From Candidatus Oleimmundimicrobium sp. (GTDB lineage: Bacteria > Actinomycetota > Aquicultoria > UBA3085 > Oleimmundimicrobiaceae), in the NCBI RefSeq assembly GCF_030651595.1, contig NZ_JAUSCH010000004.1, positions 74,026 to 138,025 on the forward strand: 64,000 nucleotides of DNA, given 5' to 3'. Every line of letters begins with the position of its first letter. The first letter of the stretch is position 1. A program made the position numbers and the translations under genes. Below the pieces are notes generated by a model that saw only the letters and a program-made list of their open reading frames with translations, was not told the DNA's origin and did no database searches. This document shows, piece after piece, positions 50,015-59,793 of the stretch.

Positions 50015-50068
50015 GTCCACAGGGCCGGTGGCTTTCCTGCCCCCGGTGAGGTCGGTATCTTGCCGACT
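50015..50068. other. GC-rich structured island (two nested hairpins) in an AT-rich 390-bp intergenic region
   Basis: Sequence CACCGtccacaGGGCcggtggctttcctGCCCcCGGTG forms a first nested hairpin, followed by GTCGGtatcttgCCGAC. A T-rich tract then runs on the plus strand. Confidence 0.3.
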
Positions 50069-50182
50069 TAAATTGGTTCTGGATTTTATTTAAATTTTTA
50101 CTCTATCGTAAAATTATCAAATTAAATACCATATCATTTTTGTTTTCACTTAAAAATGTTTTTTTCCTGCTTAAAATCAAAC

Positions 50183-51292
50183 TTATTCTTCCCCTTCAAC
50201 TTCCAATACGATTTTTATTTGATTTTTTTCCCTCAAAATTTTTGGAGGGTTTTTTAAATATAAAAAATATTTTTTACCTATTTTGCCAAACTCTTCTTCC
50301 ACCAAACAAGATAGCTTGTCTAAATCATCTTTTTGAATATATTTTACGAGGTTTGATGGATAGTTGAAATTGGCGTTAGTTGATAATTTAATCTCTCTCT
50401 TTTTGCCCTTTTTAAATAAAGCTGAATATAAGTCATCAAGGGGTTCTACATCTCCACTAAAAATTCGGTTAACATTTCGTTTAGATACATCCAGGCCATA
50501 ATAATCATTCGATGTCTCTGCAAGAACGTTCACGCTTCCAATGCAACCAAGGCATTGCCAGAGAGGCAAGCTTCCTTTTTCAAAATTTTCAAGAAATACT
50601 GCCTTGCCACCTTTATTTGAATTTAATAAATTTTGACTTAAATAATACATTGTCGCTAAAACTTGAGTTGGAAAACCAAAAAAAACCTTTATTTCTTGAT
50701 GTTCAATACAAAACTCAACCAGTAACCTTAAAATATTATGAGGCCCTTTAGTAACATGGGCTTCTCCATGGCGTATTTTTATTACAGGTAATGTAGATTG
50801 GTCTTTGCGTTCTGGGAGTTTTGTGGTATCTATGTTGACCTTAATAATGCTTCCTCTGTTGGCCGCGGACATTACAACATTTATTTCTTCTGTGTTATTT
50901 TTTATGGCATACAATGCCATTCCGCGACCATGAATGCCATATTTATCTGTAACGATACTATCTAATTTGGAAGTAACCCGTGGCTCAAAAATTTTCGGTA
51001 CTAAATTAGATGGAATTCCACATCCATCGTCTACGATAACAATATTCCTATCATTTTTTTCTTTATGAAAAGCAATAAATATATTTTTACAACCCGCGTC
51101 TCTAGAGTTACGGATAAGTTCCACTACAACATCTTCGACCGAGCGTATATCATGTTTTGCTTGTCTTTTTTCCGCTTCGCTTATATTTAAGCGAACAAAA
51201 CCATTTCCTAAATATTCCTCAACTTTTTGATATTTGTCCCCGGTAACTCCCTCAATGAAATTTATTAATTCATCTGTTTTTTTTGAAGACAA
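50183..51292 (-). CDS. GHKL-superfamily ATPase-domain protein of unknown function
   Basis: Bergerat-fold boxes are present: N box ELIRNSRDAG, G1 box VDDGCGIP, G2 box YGIHGRGMA. No HisKA or other known domain, and the C-terminal ~200 aa are unassigned. Confidence 0.6.
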   Translation of the reverse strand: MSSKKTDELINFIEGVTGDKYQKVEEYLGNGFVRLNISEAEKRQAKHDIRSVEDVVVELIRNSRDAGCKNIFIAFHKEKNDRNIVIVDDGCGIPSNLVPKIFEPRVTSKLDSIVTDKYGIHGRGMALYAIKNNTEEINVVMSAANRGSIIKVNIDTTKLPERKDQSTLPVIKIRHGEAHVTKGPHNILRLLVEFCIEHQEIKVFFGFPTQVLATMYYLSQNLLNSNKGGKAVFLENFEKGSLPLWQCLGCIGSVNVLAETSNDYYGLDVSKRNVNRIFSGDVEPLDDLYSALFKKGKKREIKLSTNANFNYPSNLVKYIQKDDLDKLSCLVEEEFGKIGKKYFLYLKNPPKILREKNQIKIVLEVEGEE

Positions 51293-51312
51293 GGCTACCT
51301 CACAAAAATCAG

Positions 51313-52851
51313 TTATTTAGCGTATTCTGTTGCCCTTTGCTCACGAATTACCGTGACCTTGATTTGTCCAGGATATTCCATCTCAGCTTCTATTTCCTTG
51401 GCAATTTCTTTAGCAAGCAAAGCAGATTCCGCATCATCTATTTTTTCAGGCTTCACCAAAACTCTAACTTCTCGTCCGGCTTGCATAACAAAAGATTTTT
51501 CAACACCCTTGTGCGAATCTGCTATCCTTTCAAGATTTTCTAATCGCTTGATATAACTTTCAAGAGTCTCTCGCCTAGCACCTGGCCGAGCAGCAGAAAT
51601 TGCATCTGCTGATTGAACAAGGACAGCTTCAATAGTTTTAGGTTCAACGTCTAAATGGTGCGCCTCTATTGCATGGCAGACCGCTTCTGATTCTTGAAAC
51701 CTTTTGGCTAAATCCGCGCCAATAACAGCATGAGAACCTTCCACCTCATGATCGATTGCTTTACCAATATCATGTAAAAGTCCTGCTCTTTTTGCCAGCT
51801 TTACGTCTGTCCCAAGTTCAGCAGCCATAACCCCCGCTAAATGACAAACCTCAATTGAGTGCATTAAAACATTTTGGCCATAGCTTGTTCTATATTTTAA
51901 CCTTCCAAGTACTCTAATTAACTCTGGATGTAAATTCTGAACATTTGCGTCAAAGGCAGATTGCTCTCCCACCTCTCTTATTTTTGTTTCCACTTCTTGT
52001 TTGGCCTTCTTATACATCTCTTCAATTCGCGCTGGATGTATCCTACCATCAGCTATTAATTTTTCAAGTGCAATTCTAGCAATTTCCCTTCTTACTGAAT
52101 CAAAACAAGAAATCACAACAGCTTCAGGTGTATCGTCTATTATTAAATTGACACCAGAGACATTCTCAAAAGCTCTGATGTTTCTTCCTTCACGCCCTAT
52201 TATCCGCCCTTTCATCTCATCACCCGGTAGAATAATTGATGATACGGTAGTTTCAGCCACATGATCCGCCGCGCAACGCTGAATAGCCAAAGAAACAACA
52301 TTCCGAGCCCTCTTTTCGGACTCTTCTCGAGCTTCACTTTCAATGTTTCTCACCATTAAAGCGGCATCGTGTCTTGCATCATCTTCCACTTTTTTTAATA
52401 ACATATTTTTTGCCTCTTCAACCGACATTTTTGCAATTTCTTGCAGCATCTCTTTTTGTTTGCTAATAACTTCTTTTAAATCGGTTTCAAGAACTTCGAT
52501 TTTCTTTTTTCGTTCGATTAAACCCTTTTCTTCTTGGTTTAAATCTTCTCGTTTCTTCTCAAAGATCTCTTCTTTTTGAGTAAAACGCGATTCCATTCTT
52601 TGTATTTCTGCACGGCGCTCCCTAATTTCCCTTTCAGCTTCCGTCCTCATAGAGTGAATTCCATCCTTAGCTTCAAGGATAGCTTCCTTTTTCTTTGTTT
52701 CAGCTTCTTTGTTTGCTTCAAGAATTATCTTTTTTGCCTCTGCTTCAGCAGAATCAATTCTTGTTTCCGCTAAATATCTTCTTAGAAAAAAACCCGCGAC
52801 TACGCCTAATATGCTGAATATTAAAATTAGTAAAATGTATGTTATTGGCAC
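51313..52851 (-). CDS. rny: ribonuclease Y
   Basis: N-terminal TM helix, coiled coil, KH domain, and HD domain ([17 protein letters not shown]...LLHDIGK). GTG start follows an AAGGGGGAT RBS. Confidence 0.9.
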   Translation of the reverse strand: MPITYILLILIFSILGVVAGFFLRRYLAETRIDSAEAEAKKIILEANKEAETKKKEAILEAKDGIHSMRTEAEREIRERRAEIQRMESRFTQKEEIFEKKREDLNQEEKGLIERKKKIEVLETDLKEVISKQKEMLQEIAKMSVEEAKNMLLKKVEDDARHDAALMVRNIESEAREESEKRARNVVSLAIQRCAADHVAETTVSSIILPGDEMKGRIIGREGRNIRAFENVSGVNLIIDDTPEAVVISCFDSVRREIARIALEKLIADGRIHPARIEEMYKKAKQEVETKIREVGEQSAFDANVQNLHPELIRVLGRLKYRTSYGQNVLMHSIEVCHLAGVMAAELGTDVKLAKRAGLLHDIGKAIDHEVEGSHAVIGADLAKRFQESEAVCHAIEAHHLDVEPKTIEAVLVQSADAISAARPGARRETLESYIKRLENLERIADSHKGVEKSFVMQAGREVRVLVKPEKIDDAESALLAKEIAKEIEAEMEYPGQIKVTVIREQRATEYAK

Positions 52852-52885
52852 TTTAAAATCCCCCTTTTTTAAGATTAAAAATAAA

Positions 52886-52910
52886 AAAACCGAGCGTTGC
52901 TCGGCAAATT
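52886..52910 (-). terminator. hairpin CCGAGCgttGCTCGG + U-run (minus strand), 35 bp upstream of the rny start
   Basis: Minus-strand RNA reads AAUUUGCCGAGCaacGCUCGGUUUUUUU, a canonical intrinsic terminator shape sitting in the rny 5' region. Confidence 0.55.
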
Positions 52911-53122
52911 AAAATTTACTTAGTTACTTTATAAAAAAATTTCTATTTTTAAAATTTTTAAATACATTGATTAAAATAAATTTTAATTTTTAATCTAAAA
53001 TCTATATCAATCAAGAAAGAAATTTTATAAGTAAATTAACCGCCGAAACAACAATTAATAAATCAATTTATTTTTAATATTATTACATATTAATTAATAA
53101 TATTATTAAACGCTATACAATG

Positions 53123-53623
53123 TCAATCTATAAAAAAATCATGATCCAATAATTTCTCGCATGTTCTTCTTAAAATATTAGGTCTAAAACCCTTACTTGC
53201 CAAATAATTATAAAGCCTTCTTTTTTTAGTATCGTCATTAAGTCTCTCGTATTTCTTTAATTGTTTTCTTGCCACCTCAAAAACTATTTTTTCCTCTTCT
53301 TCCTCGGGGTAGATACTATTAAGTTCTTTTTCAATTAAGTTCGCATTAACTCCCTTTAGAAGCAGTTCTGATTTTAATCGATTTCTACTTAACGATTTAC
53401 CTTCTTTTCTAGACTCAATCCAAATTCTAGCAAATAATAAATCATCTAAATAGCCAAAATTTTCGAGATATTTTATAACTTTCTCAATAAGTTTTTGACC
53501 ATAACTTTTTCGTTTTAAATAATCAACTACCTCTTTAGTGCTTCGAGGCCTATATTTAAGATAGTTTAGGGTTTTGTTTATTGCCCCCTTCTCCTCATCG
53601 GAAAAGGTTTTTTCCTCAAACAA
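53123..53623 (-). CDS. recX: regulatory protein RecX
   Basis: Three-helix repeat RecX family, located directly downstream of recA. Confidence 0.8.
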   Translation of the reverse strand: MFEEKTFSDEEKGAINKTLNYLKYRPRSTKEVVDYLKRKSYGQKLIEKVIKYLENFGYLDDLLFARIWIESRKEGKSLSRNRLKSELLLKGVNANLIEKELNSIYPEEEEEKIVFEVARKQLKKYERLNDDTKKRRLYNYLASKGFRPNILRRTCEKLLDHDFFID

Positions 53624-53625
53624 CG

Positions 53626-54669
53626 CTATGCCTTTACCTCTTTCTTATCTTTTTTATCTTTTTTATCAACTTTTTTTCCATTTTCAACTAATCCTACAGC
53701 AATTTTAACTTTTTCTTCTATCTCGTTGGCTATTTTAGGATTTTCTATTAAAAACTGTTTTGCGCTTTCTCTGCCTTGACCCAATCTCTCATCATTGTAC
53801 GTATACCAAGCTCCGCTTTTATTTGCTATTCCATGTTCAATCCCCATATCTAATATGTTACCTTCTTTTGAAATTCCCTTACCATAGATAATGTCAAATT
53901 CGGCTTTTTTAAAAGGAGGGGCTACTTTATTTTTAACCACTTTTGCCCTGACTCGATTTCCAATGATATCTAACCCCTGCTTTATCGATTCAATTCTTCT
54001 GATATCTATTCTAATCGTGGCGTAAAACTTAAGCGCTCTTCCGCCTGAGGTTGTTTCGGGATTCCCGAACATTATGCCAATCTTTTCTCTCAGTTGGTTT
54101 ATAAATATAACAACGGTTTTCGACTTACTGATGGCACCGGACAGCTTTCTGAGAGCTTGCGACATTAATCTTGCCTGAAGGCCCACGTGTGAATCTCCCA
54201 TCTCCCCCTCAATTTCAGCCCGAGGAACCAATGCCGCAACGGAATCAATAGTTATAATATCAACTGCTCCACTTCTTACAAGCATCTCGGTAATTTCAAG
54301 CGCTTGTTCGCCTGTATCGGGCTGAGAAACAAGCAAATTCTCTACGTCTACGCCCAAATTACGAGCATAACCTGAATCAAGAGCATGCTCGGCATCAATA
54401 AAGGCTGCCACCCCACCATTTTTCTGTGCCTCCGCAATAATTTGTAATGCCAAAGTAGTCTTGCCGGAAGCTTCGGGTCCATATACCTCAATAATTCTTC
54501 CCCTGGGAACACCTCCGATACCCAAAGCAATATCTAAGGCTAAAGAGCCAGTAGGAATTGTTTCGTAATCGAGCCTTGTCGGATGATCCCCGAGCCTCAT
54601 AATAGCGCCCTTCCCATATTTTCTTTCAATTTGTTCCTTTGCCAATTCTAAAACTTTTTCGCGCTCCAT
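53626..54669 (-). CDS. recA: recombinase RecA
   Basis: Walker [10 protein letters not shown] and RecA L1/L2 loops. Start [10 protein letters not shown] at 54669 follows a GGGAGGA RBS. Confidence 0.95.
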   Translation of the reverse strand: MEREKVLELAKEQIERKYGKGAIMRLGDHPTRLDYETIPTGSLALDIALGIGGVPRGRIIEVYGPEASGKTTLALQIIAEAQKNGGVAAFIDAEHALDSGYARNLGVDVENLLVSQPDTGEQALEITEMLVRSGAVDIITIDSVAALVPRAEIEGEMGDSHVGLQARLMSQALRKLSGAISKSKTVVIFINQLREKIGIMFGNPETTSGGRALKFYATIRIDIRRIESIKQGLDIIGNRVRAKVVKNKVAPPFKKAEFDIIYGKGISKEGNILDMGIEHGIANKSGAWYTYNDERLGQGRESAKQFLIENPKIANEIEEKVKIAVGLVENGKKVDKKDKKDKKEVKA

Positions 54670-54706
54670 TTTTCCTCCCAGAATCATATTTTTCTAAAAT
54701 TTTATA

Positions 54707-54720
54707 CGAACTAATGTTCG
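54707..54720 (-). promoter_or_regulatory. LexA (Cheo) box CGAACTAATGTTCG upstream of recA
   Basis: Perfect match to the CGAACnnnnGTTCG consensus, ~38 bp upstream of the recA start codon. Confidence 0.8.
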
Positions 54721-54723
54721 ATG

Positions 54724-55287
54724 TCAATCCGTTTTCAGTTTTAATTCTAAAATTTTTTCATATACCGGCCCTTGAGACATCAAGCTGCTTCTTAAAAGAG
54801 AGATGTTACTAACTTCTACTCGACTTTCCGAAAAACCTTTCGCCTCTATTTTTTCAAAAAATTTCTCAACATTATACAAATTTTTTAATCTCGCAAATGT
54901 AATGTGAGGAAAAAATATCTTTTCGTCTTTAGCAAAACCAATTTTAGCAAAATTTTCCTCTATCGCTTGTTGCAATTTAACTATATTCTCTCCCCCGCTC
55001 TTTATCCCAACCCAAAGAACACGAGCTCTTTTAATTGAAGGAAAGACCCCTAAACCATTTATGTAAAAATCGAAAGGACTAAATTTTTTAAGAGAATTTT
55101 TAAGACCAGATTCAATTTCCGGTAGTAATTCCTCCTCACAATTTCCTAAAAATTTTAAAGTTATATGAAGATTTTCCTCCGATACCCATTTAACATCTTT
55201 TATTTCCTTGTGTGTTTCGTTTTTAAACCAAGCCATCTCATGCTTAAGGTGGCTTGGGAGTTCTAATGCCACAAACAATCTCAACAT
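54724..55287 (-). CDS. thpR: RNA 2',3'-cyclic phosphodiesterase (2'-5' RNA ligase, LigT/ThpR)
   Basis: Two HxT/S motifs (HITLKFLG and HITFARL). Confidence 0.8.
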   Translation of the reverse strand: MLRLFVALELPSHLKHEMAWFKNETHKEIKDVKWVSEENLHITLKFLGNCEEELLPEIESGLKNSLKKFSPFDFYINGLGVFPSIKRARVLWVGIKSGGENIVKLQQAIEENFAKIGFAKDEKIFFPHITFARLKNLYNVEKFFEKIEAKGFSESRVEVSNISLLRSSLMSQGPVYEKILELKLKTD

Positions 55288-56546
55288 AAAATTAATTCCC
55301 CTTTATTTTTTAGCAAAAACGACCTAATAATTTCCAATGCTTTTTGAGAAGCTTCCCATTTTATTTCTTCCCTTAAACCAGAAAGCTGAAATTTACCACA
55401 ATAAGTATCTTTTTTGCTCCACAAAGCAATAAAAACAGTCCCAACAGGTTTGTCCTTACTTCCACCAGCCGGGCCGGCTATTCCGGTAAGTGCCACCGAT
55501 ATATCAGTATCGCAAATTTGAGCTACTCCCTTGGCCATTGCTTTTGCGGTTTGAGAACTTACGGCTCCATAATTTTTTAAAATTTCCCTGGGTACACCAA
55601 GAACAGCACTCTTAACATCGTTGTTATACGAAACAATTCCGCCTTGAAAATAATCAGAGCTTCCGGAGATGTTAGTTATACGATTTGAAAGTAGCCCTCC
55701 CGTACAAGATTCGGCAACAGAAAGAGTTTGTTTGCGTTTCCTCAAAAGCTCGCCAATCACTTTTTCTAAAGTCTCTTCATTTACTTCAAAAACATAATCA
55801 CCAAGATTCTCGCGAATCTTTTTTTCAGCTTCAAGTAAGACTTCGCGAGTAAAAACAGGTTTTCCTTTGACAGCAATTTGTATATTTACCTCACCAGGGT
55901 GAGGTAACAGGGAAACAGTTAATTTTTCATCTGCTAATAGCTCCTCGATCTTTTTTTGAATCTCAACCTCACTTAACCCACACACTTTAAAGGTAGCAAT
56001 ATCTATAATTTCACCGCAATTAACTCTTTTTTTAAGATAAGGAACGACCGCTCTGTGAAACATTTCCTTCATTTCAGTGGGAACACCCGGCAAAGCTAAA
56101 ATAATTTTCTTTCCAATCTCGATAATTAGTCCGGGGGCCGTACCTAAGGTGGGAATTATAGGAACAGCACCCTCGGGAAGATATGCCTGTTTTAAAACAA
56201 TTTCCGGCATAGGCCTTTTTAAATTAAAATATCGCTTTTTAATTAAATTTGCCGAATCATTGCTTAAAAAAAGTTTCTTTCCTGTATGTTTAGCAATAGC
56301 ATCCCTGGTTAAATCATCAGCCGTTGGTCCCAAACCACCCGTTATTATTAATAAGTCAACCCGATTAAGCGACTCCTCTATAGTTGAAGATATCATTTTT
56401 ACGTCATCAGGAACACTCAATATACGCTTAGCTTCAATTCCAATTTTTCCTAGTTCTCTGGCAATATAATAAGAATTTAAATCCAAAGATAAACCCAATG
56501 TTATTTCTGAACCTATTGTTAAAATTTCACAATTCACTCGGCTCAC
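55281..56546 (-). CDS. cinA: competence/damage-inducible protein CinA (MoCF-binding + CinA C-terminal domain)
   Basis: The IGSEITLG... MoCF domain and CinA C-terminal domain are present. The ORF extends to 56624, but a GTG start near 56537-56546 fits the CinA N-terminus better. Confidence 0.8.
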   Translation of the reverse strand: MSRVNCEILTIGSEITLGLSLDLNSYYIARELGKIGIEAKRILSVPDDVKMISSTIEESLNRVDLLIITGGLGPTADDLTRDAIAKHTGKKLFLSNDSANLIKKRYFNLKRPMPEIVLKQAYLPEGAVPIIPTLGTAPGLIIEIGKKIILALPGVPTEMKEMFHRAVVPYLKKRVNCGEIIDIATFKVCGLSEVEIQKKIEELLADEKLTVSLLPHPGEVNIQIAVKGKPVFTREVLLEAEKKIRENLGDYVFEVNEETLEKVIGELLRKRKQTLSVAESCTGGLLSNRITNISGSSDYFQGGIVSYNNDVKSAVLGVPREILKNYGAVSSQTAKAMAKGVAQICDTDISVALTGIAGPAGGSKDKPVGTVFIALWSKKDTYCGKFQLSGLREEIKWEASQKALEIIRSFLLKNKGELILC

Positions 56547-57072
56547 GCCCCCGCACCATCCAGATATCGATTGATTTAATAAAGTAATCAATTCCAGAGT
56601 AAAACGTAAAGAAAATTGCCACAATTAATATCACATACGTCAACAAGGTATTTGGCAAAACAATCAATGCAATAACCATCACAATTTGACTAATGGTTTT
56701 TAATTTTCCCCAAATGCTTGCGGCAATAACCTTGTTTTCCGCAATAGCCATAAGTCTTAAGCCGGAAACTAAAAATTCTCTGGCAATTATGGCCGTTGCA
56801 ATCCATGCAGATAAAAGATTTAAATCAACTAAAGAAATTAAAGCGGCTGAAATTAGCAATTTATCGGCCAGAGGATCCAGAAATTTTCCAAAAACTGTAA
56901 CAAGGCCTTTTGAGCGCGCAATGTAACCATCTAAACCATCAGACATGGCTGCCACTATAAATATCCCAATAGAAATCCAGTTACCGTATTTGATGTTTGA
57001 GAGCAAAAATGCCATGAATACAGGAATTAATAAAATCCTTAAAATCGTAATTTTGTTAGCTGTGTTTAACAT
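56527..57072 (-). CDS. pgsA: CDP-diacylglycerol--glycerol-3-phosphate 3-phosphatidyltransferase
   Basis: CDP-alcohol phosphatidyltransferase motif DGxxAR...G...DxxxD, multi-TM. Confidence 0.85.
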   Translation of the reverse strand: MLNTANKITILRILLIPVFMAFLLSNIKYGNWISIGIFIVAAMSDGLDGYIARSKGLVTVFGKFLDPLADKLLISAALISLVDLNLLSAWIATAIIAREFLVSGLRLMAIAENKVIAASIWGKLKTISQIVMVIALIVLPNTLLTYVILIVAIFFTFYSGIDYFIKSIDIWMVRGREPSEL

Positions 57073-58397
57073 TCAACTTCACCCACCAAATCATATCCAT
57101 CAACTCCCACTATTTTTGCCGAAGCAAAGGTTCCGGTTTTAAGAGTTTTTTCTTTGTTGTTTTTTATATAAACAAGACCATCAATATCAGGCGACTGATA
57201 TTGATTTCTACCTAAGAACACTGCATCCGATTCAAAAGACTCAATTAAAACTTTCATTTCTTGCCCTTGATGTCTTCTATTTTTTTCAAAAGCTATTGAA
57301 TCCTGTAAAGTAGTTAATTGATGATAACGTTCTCTTTTTATTTTGTTAGAAACTTGGGAAGGTAAGGTGGCCGCTTTTGTTCCCTCTTCGGCAGAAAATT
57401 CAAACACCCCGATATAATCAAGTTGAGCCAATTTTGTAAAATCGAGCAATTCCTCAAAATCTTTATCTGATTCCCCGGGGAAACCTACAATTAAAGAACT
57501 TCTAATAACCAGATTGGGAAGATGCCCTCTTATTTTTTTTATTAAATCTAAATAATCATCAACAGAACCTTTGCGCCCCATTATATTTAATATTTTTTTG
57601 CTTGAGTGTTGGAATGGCAAGTCAATATAATGACACACTTTGGGATTGTTTGCCATAACCGCAAGCAACTCTTCTGAAAAACCACTGGGCTGAATATATA
57701 TTAATCTTATCCAGTCAAGTTGCTCTATTTTTGAAAGTTTTAAAATTAATTCAGGTAATTTTCTTTCGCCGTATATATCAACGCCGTAATCGCTTGTGTC
57801 TTGGCCAACGAGGATAATTTCCTTAACTCCCTTACTTGCTAAAAATTTTGCCTCCTCAACTAATTTGTTTATTGGAAGACTTTGATAATTCCCTTTTATA
57901 GAAGGTATCGCGCAATAAGTGCATTTGTTGTTGCATCCATCTGATATTTTTAAATAAGCATAAGGCAAAAGAGGCTCTATTCGTTTAAGCTCCTCCTTGA
58001 CATATGCTAAAGGTTTACTCACTTCAACGAGGCGTTTTCCGCTGGTAAATTCGTTAATCTCCTCCGGAATTTTTGATAAATTATTCACGCCCAAAAGAAT
58101 ATCAATCTCCGGAATCTCCTTGAACAATTCATCGGGGTATCTTTGAACCAAACATCCCACAACAATAAGTACTTTACATATTCCTTCTTTTTTATAGCAA
58201 GCATACTCAAGTATTGTTTCTATGGATTCTCGTTTAGCGAATTCAATAAAGCCACATGTATTTATTATTATAACGTCGGCTATTTTTGGGTTAGAGACTA
58301 AATTATAGCCAAAACTAAGAAGCTCGCCCTTTATATGGTCAGAATCTACTTCGTTTTTGGGACAACCAAGCGTAATAACCATTATATTTAAACCCAA
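57066..58397 (-). CDS. rimO: ribosomal protein S12 methylthiotransferase RimO
   Basis: MTTase N-terminal domain (ITLGCPKN), radical-SAM CNNKCTYC, and TRAM domain. Confidence 0.8.
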   Translation of the reverse strand: MGLNIMVITLGCPKNEVDSDHIKGELLSFGYNLVSNPKIADVIIINTCGFIEFAKRESIETILEYACYKKEGICKVLIVVGCLVQRYPDELFKEIPEIDILLGVNNLSKIPEEINEFTSGKRLVEVSKPLAYVKEELKRIEPLLPYAYLKISDGCNNKCTYCAIPSIKGNYQSLPINKLVEEAKFLASKGVKEIILVGQDTSDYGVDIYGERKLPELILKLSKIEQLDWIRLIYIQPSGFSEELLAVMANNPKVCHYIDLPFQHSSKKILNIMGRKGSVDDYLDLIKKIRGHLPNLVIRSSLIVGFPGESDKDFEELLDFTKLAQLDYIGVFEFSAEEGTKAATLPSQVSNKIKRERYHQLTTLQDSIAFEKNRRHQGQEMKVLIESFESDAVFLGRNQYQSPDIDGLVYIKNNKEKTLKTGTFASAKIVGVDGYDLVGEVEC

Positions 58398-58408
58398 CTT
58401 CTTACCCC

Positions 58409-58906
58409 CTATCTATAATTTTGAAATTGCAGAGGGATTGAAAAATCGGAGGACTTAACTAAAGCAATTGCTTCTTGAAGCTGGTCTTTATTTTTGCCAA
58501 AAACCCTTAATTTATTATCCTCAATTTGTACTTTAACTTTAATCTTTTTTTCCTTAATGAATTTATTTATCTTTTTTGCAATTTCCTGCGATATCCCCTG
58601 AACGATATCAAACTTTTGTCTAACCCTACCACTAATTGCAGGTTCAACTTTGCCAGCACTCAAAGCTTTTAATGAAATTCCCCGTTTAACAAATTTTTGC
58701 TTTAATACATCTGAAATATTTTTAAGGACAAAGTCGCTCTCTGCAATGATGACTATTTCACTTTCTTTTTTATTTAAGATAACCTCGCTGTAACTTTTTT
58801 TAAGATCATACCTCGTTTTAATTTCTTTAATTGTTTGATTAATCGCATTATCTACTTCTTGCATATCAATTTCGGATACTATATCAAATGAATTTTCTTT
58901 TGCCAT
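58409..58906 (-). CDS. yajQ: YajQ-family (UPF0234) nucleotide-binding protein
   Basis: MAKENSFDIVSEIDMQEVDNAINQ N-terminus is diagnostic for the YajQ family. Confidence 0.8.
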   Translation of the reverse strand: MAKENSFDIVSEIDMQEVDNAINQTIKEIKTRYDLKKSYSEVILNKKESEIVIIAESDFVLKNISDVLKQKFVKRGISLKALSAGKVEPAISGRVRQKFDIVQGISQEIAKKINKFIKEKKIKVKVQIEDNKLRVFGKNKDQLQEAIALVKSSDFSIPLQFQNYR

Positions 58907-58921
58907 ACAATCAACTCCTGA

Positions 58922-59692
58922 TTATTTTGATGTAAACGTTTTTTCCTCTAAACCGATTCCTAATTCCCCGAGCAACTCTCCGTCCTTTTCTATTTGAACT
59001 AATTGCCCGTTGCCACTTTTTATGATCACCGACCCCTTAGCTATCCACTCTTTAAACTCACCTTTTTCCAATATTCTTTCCAAAACTTTTTCTCCGTCAA
59101 CAAATACACGCAACCAAACTGTATCAAGCGCCGTCACTTTAATTTTAAATTCTTCTCCCGTAAGGTTAGGCGCCTCGTTAGGAGCAAGCACGTCGTTTGC
59201 AGGTTGTTTAGCATCCTCTATCGCGGATTCTTCCTTAGGCGGTAAAACTTCTTCTAAAGGAACTTCGTTTTTTTCCTTCGCCCCAGGAACAACTTCAGAT
59301 CTGCCTCGTAATGCTCGTGCTCCCAAAACAATGAGGGTAATTAATATAAAAATTCCTACCACAAAAAAGACAAAATTTAATCTTCGACGCATATACACAC
59401 TTGTTTTATTAAAATCAAGATATTTTTCTTCTTGCTGTCTTAATGATTCTCCATATCCGCTTTCGTACTCTTTAATAAGAGGATTGCTGTCTATTTTTAA
59501 AAAAGAGGCGTAAGTTCTAATAAAACCCTTAACATAAGGACTACCAGGAATAATACCAAAATTGTCGTTCTCAATTGCTTCAAGATAACGTTTTCTTATT
59601 TTGGTATTATTTTCTACATCTTTTAGGCTTATTCCCAGTTGTTCCCGTCTATTTTTAAATATTTTTCCTATTGAACCCACTTTAATCTCCAA
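58922..59692 (-). CDS. rodZ: cytoskeleton protein RodZ-like (HTH_XRE + TM + DUF4115)
   Basis: N-terminal XRE HTH (LGISLKDVENNTKIRKRYLEAIE), a single TM helix, and a C-terminal RodZ domain. Confidence 0.7.
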   Translation of the reverse strand: MEIKVGSIGKIFKNRREQLGISLKDVENNTKIRKRYLEAIENDNFGIIPGSPYVKGFIRTYASFLKIDSNPLIKEYESGYGESLRQQEEKYLDFNKTSVYMRRRLNFVFFVVGIFILITLIVLGARALRGRSEVVPGAKEKNEVPLEEVLPPKEESAIEDAKQPANDVLAPNEAPNLTGEEFKIKVTALDTVWLRVFVDGEKVLERILEKGEFKEWIAKGSVIIKSGNGQLVQIEKDGELLGELGIGLEEKTFTSK

Positions 59693-59793
59693 CTCTTAAA
59701 CAGCAACACCTTACTATCTTAATTGTTGCTTATATAATTCATCAACACATTAACGTTTCCTTTTAATTTAAAAAGTTAATTTAAATTAACTTT

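Noticed and set aside
50015-50068. Possible SRP RNA (ffs) domain IV, or a tmRNA/tRNA-like fragment, in the GC-rich island
   Set aside because: Neither strand contains the conserved GGUCAGGUCCGGAAGGAAGCAGC core of SRP RNA. No T-arm GTTCGAATCC-like motif or CCA end is present. It is kept only as an unclassified structured element.
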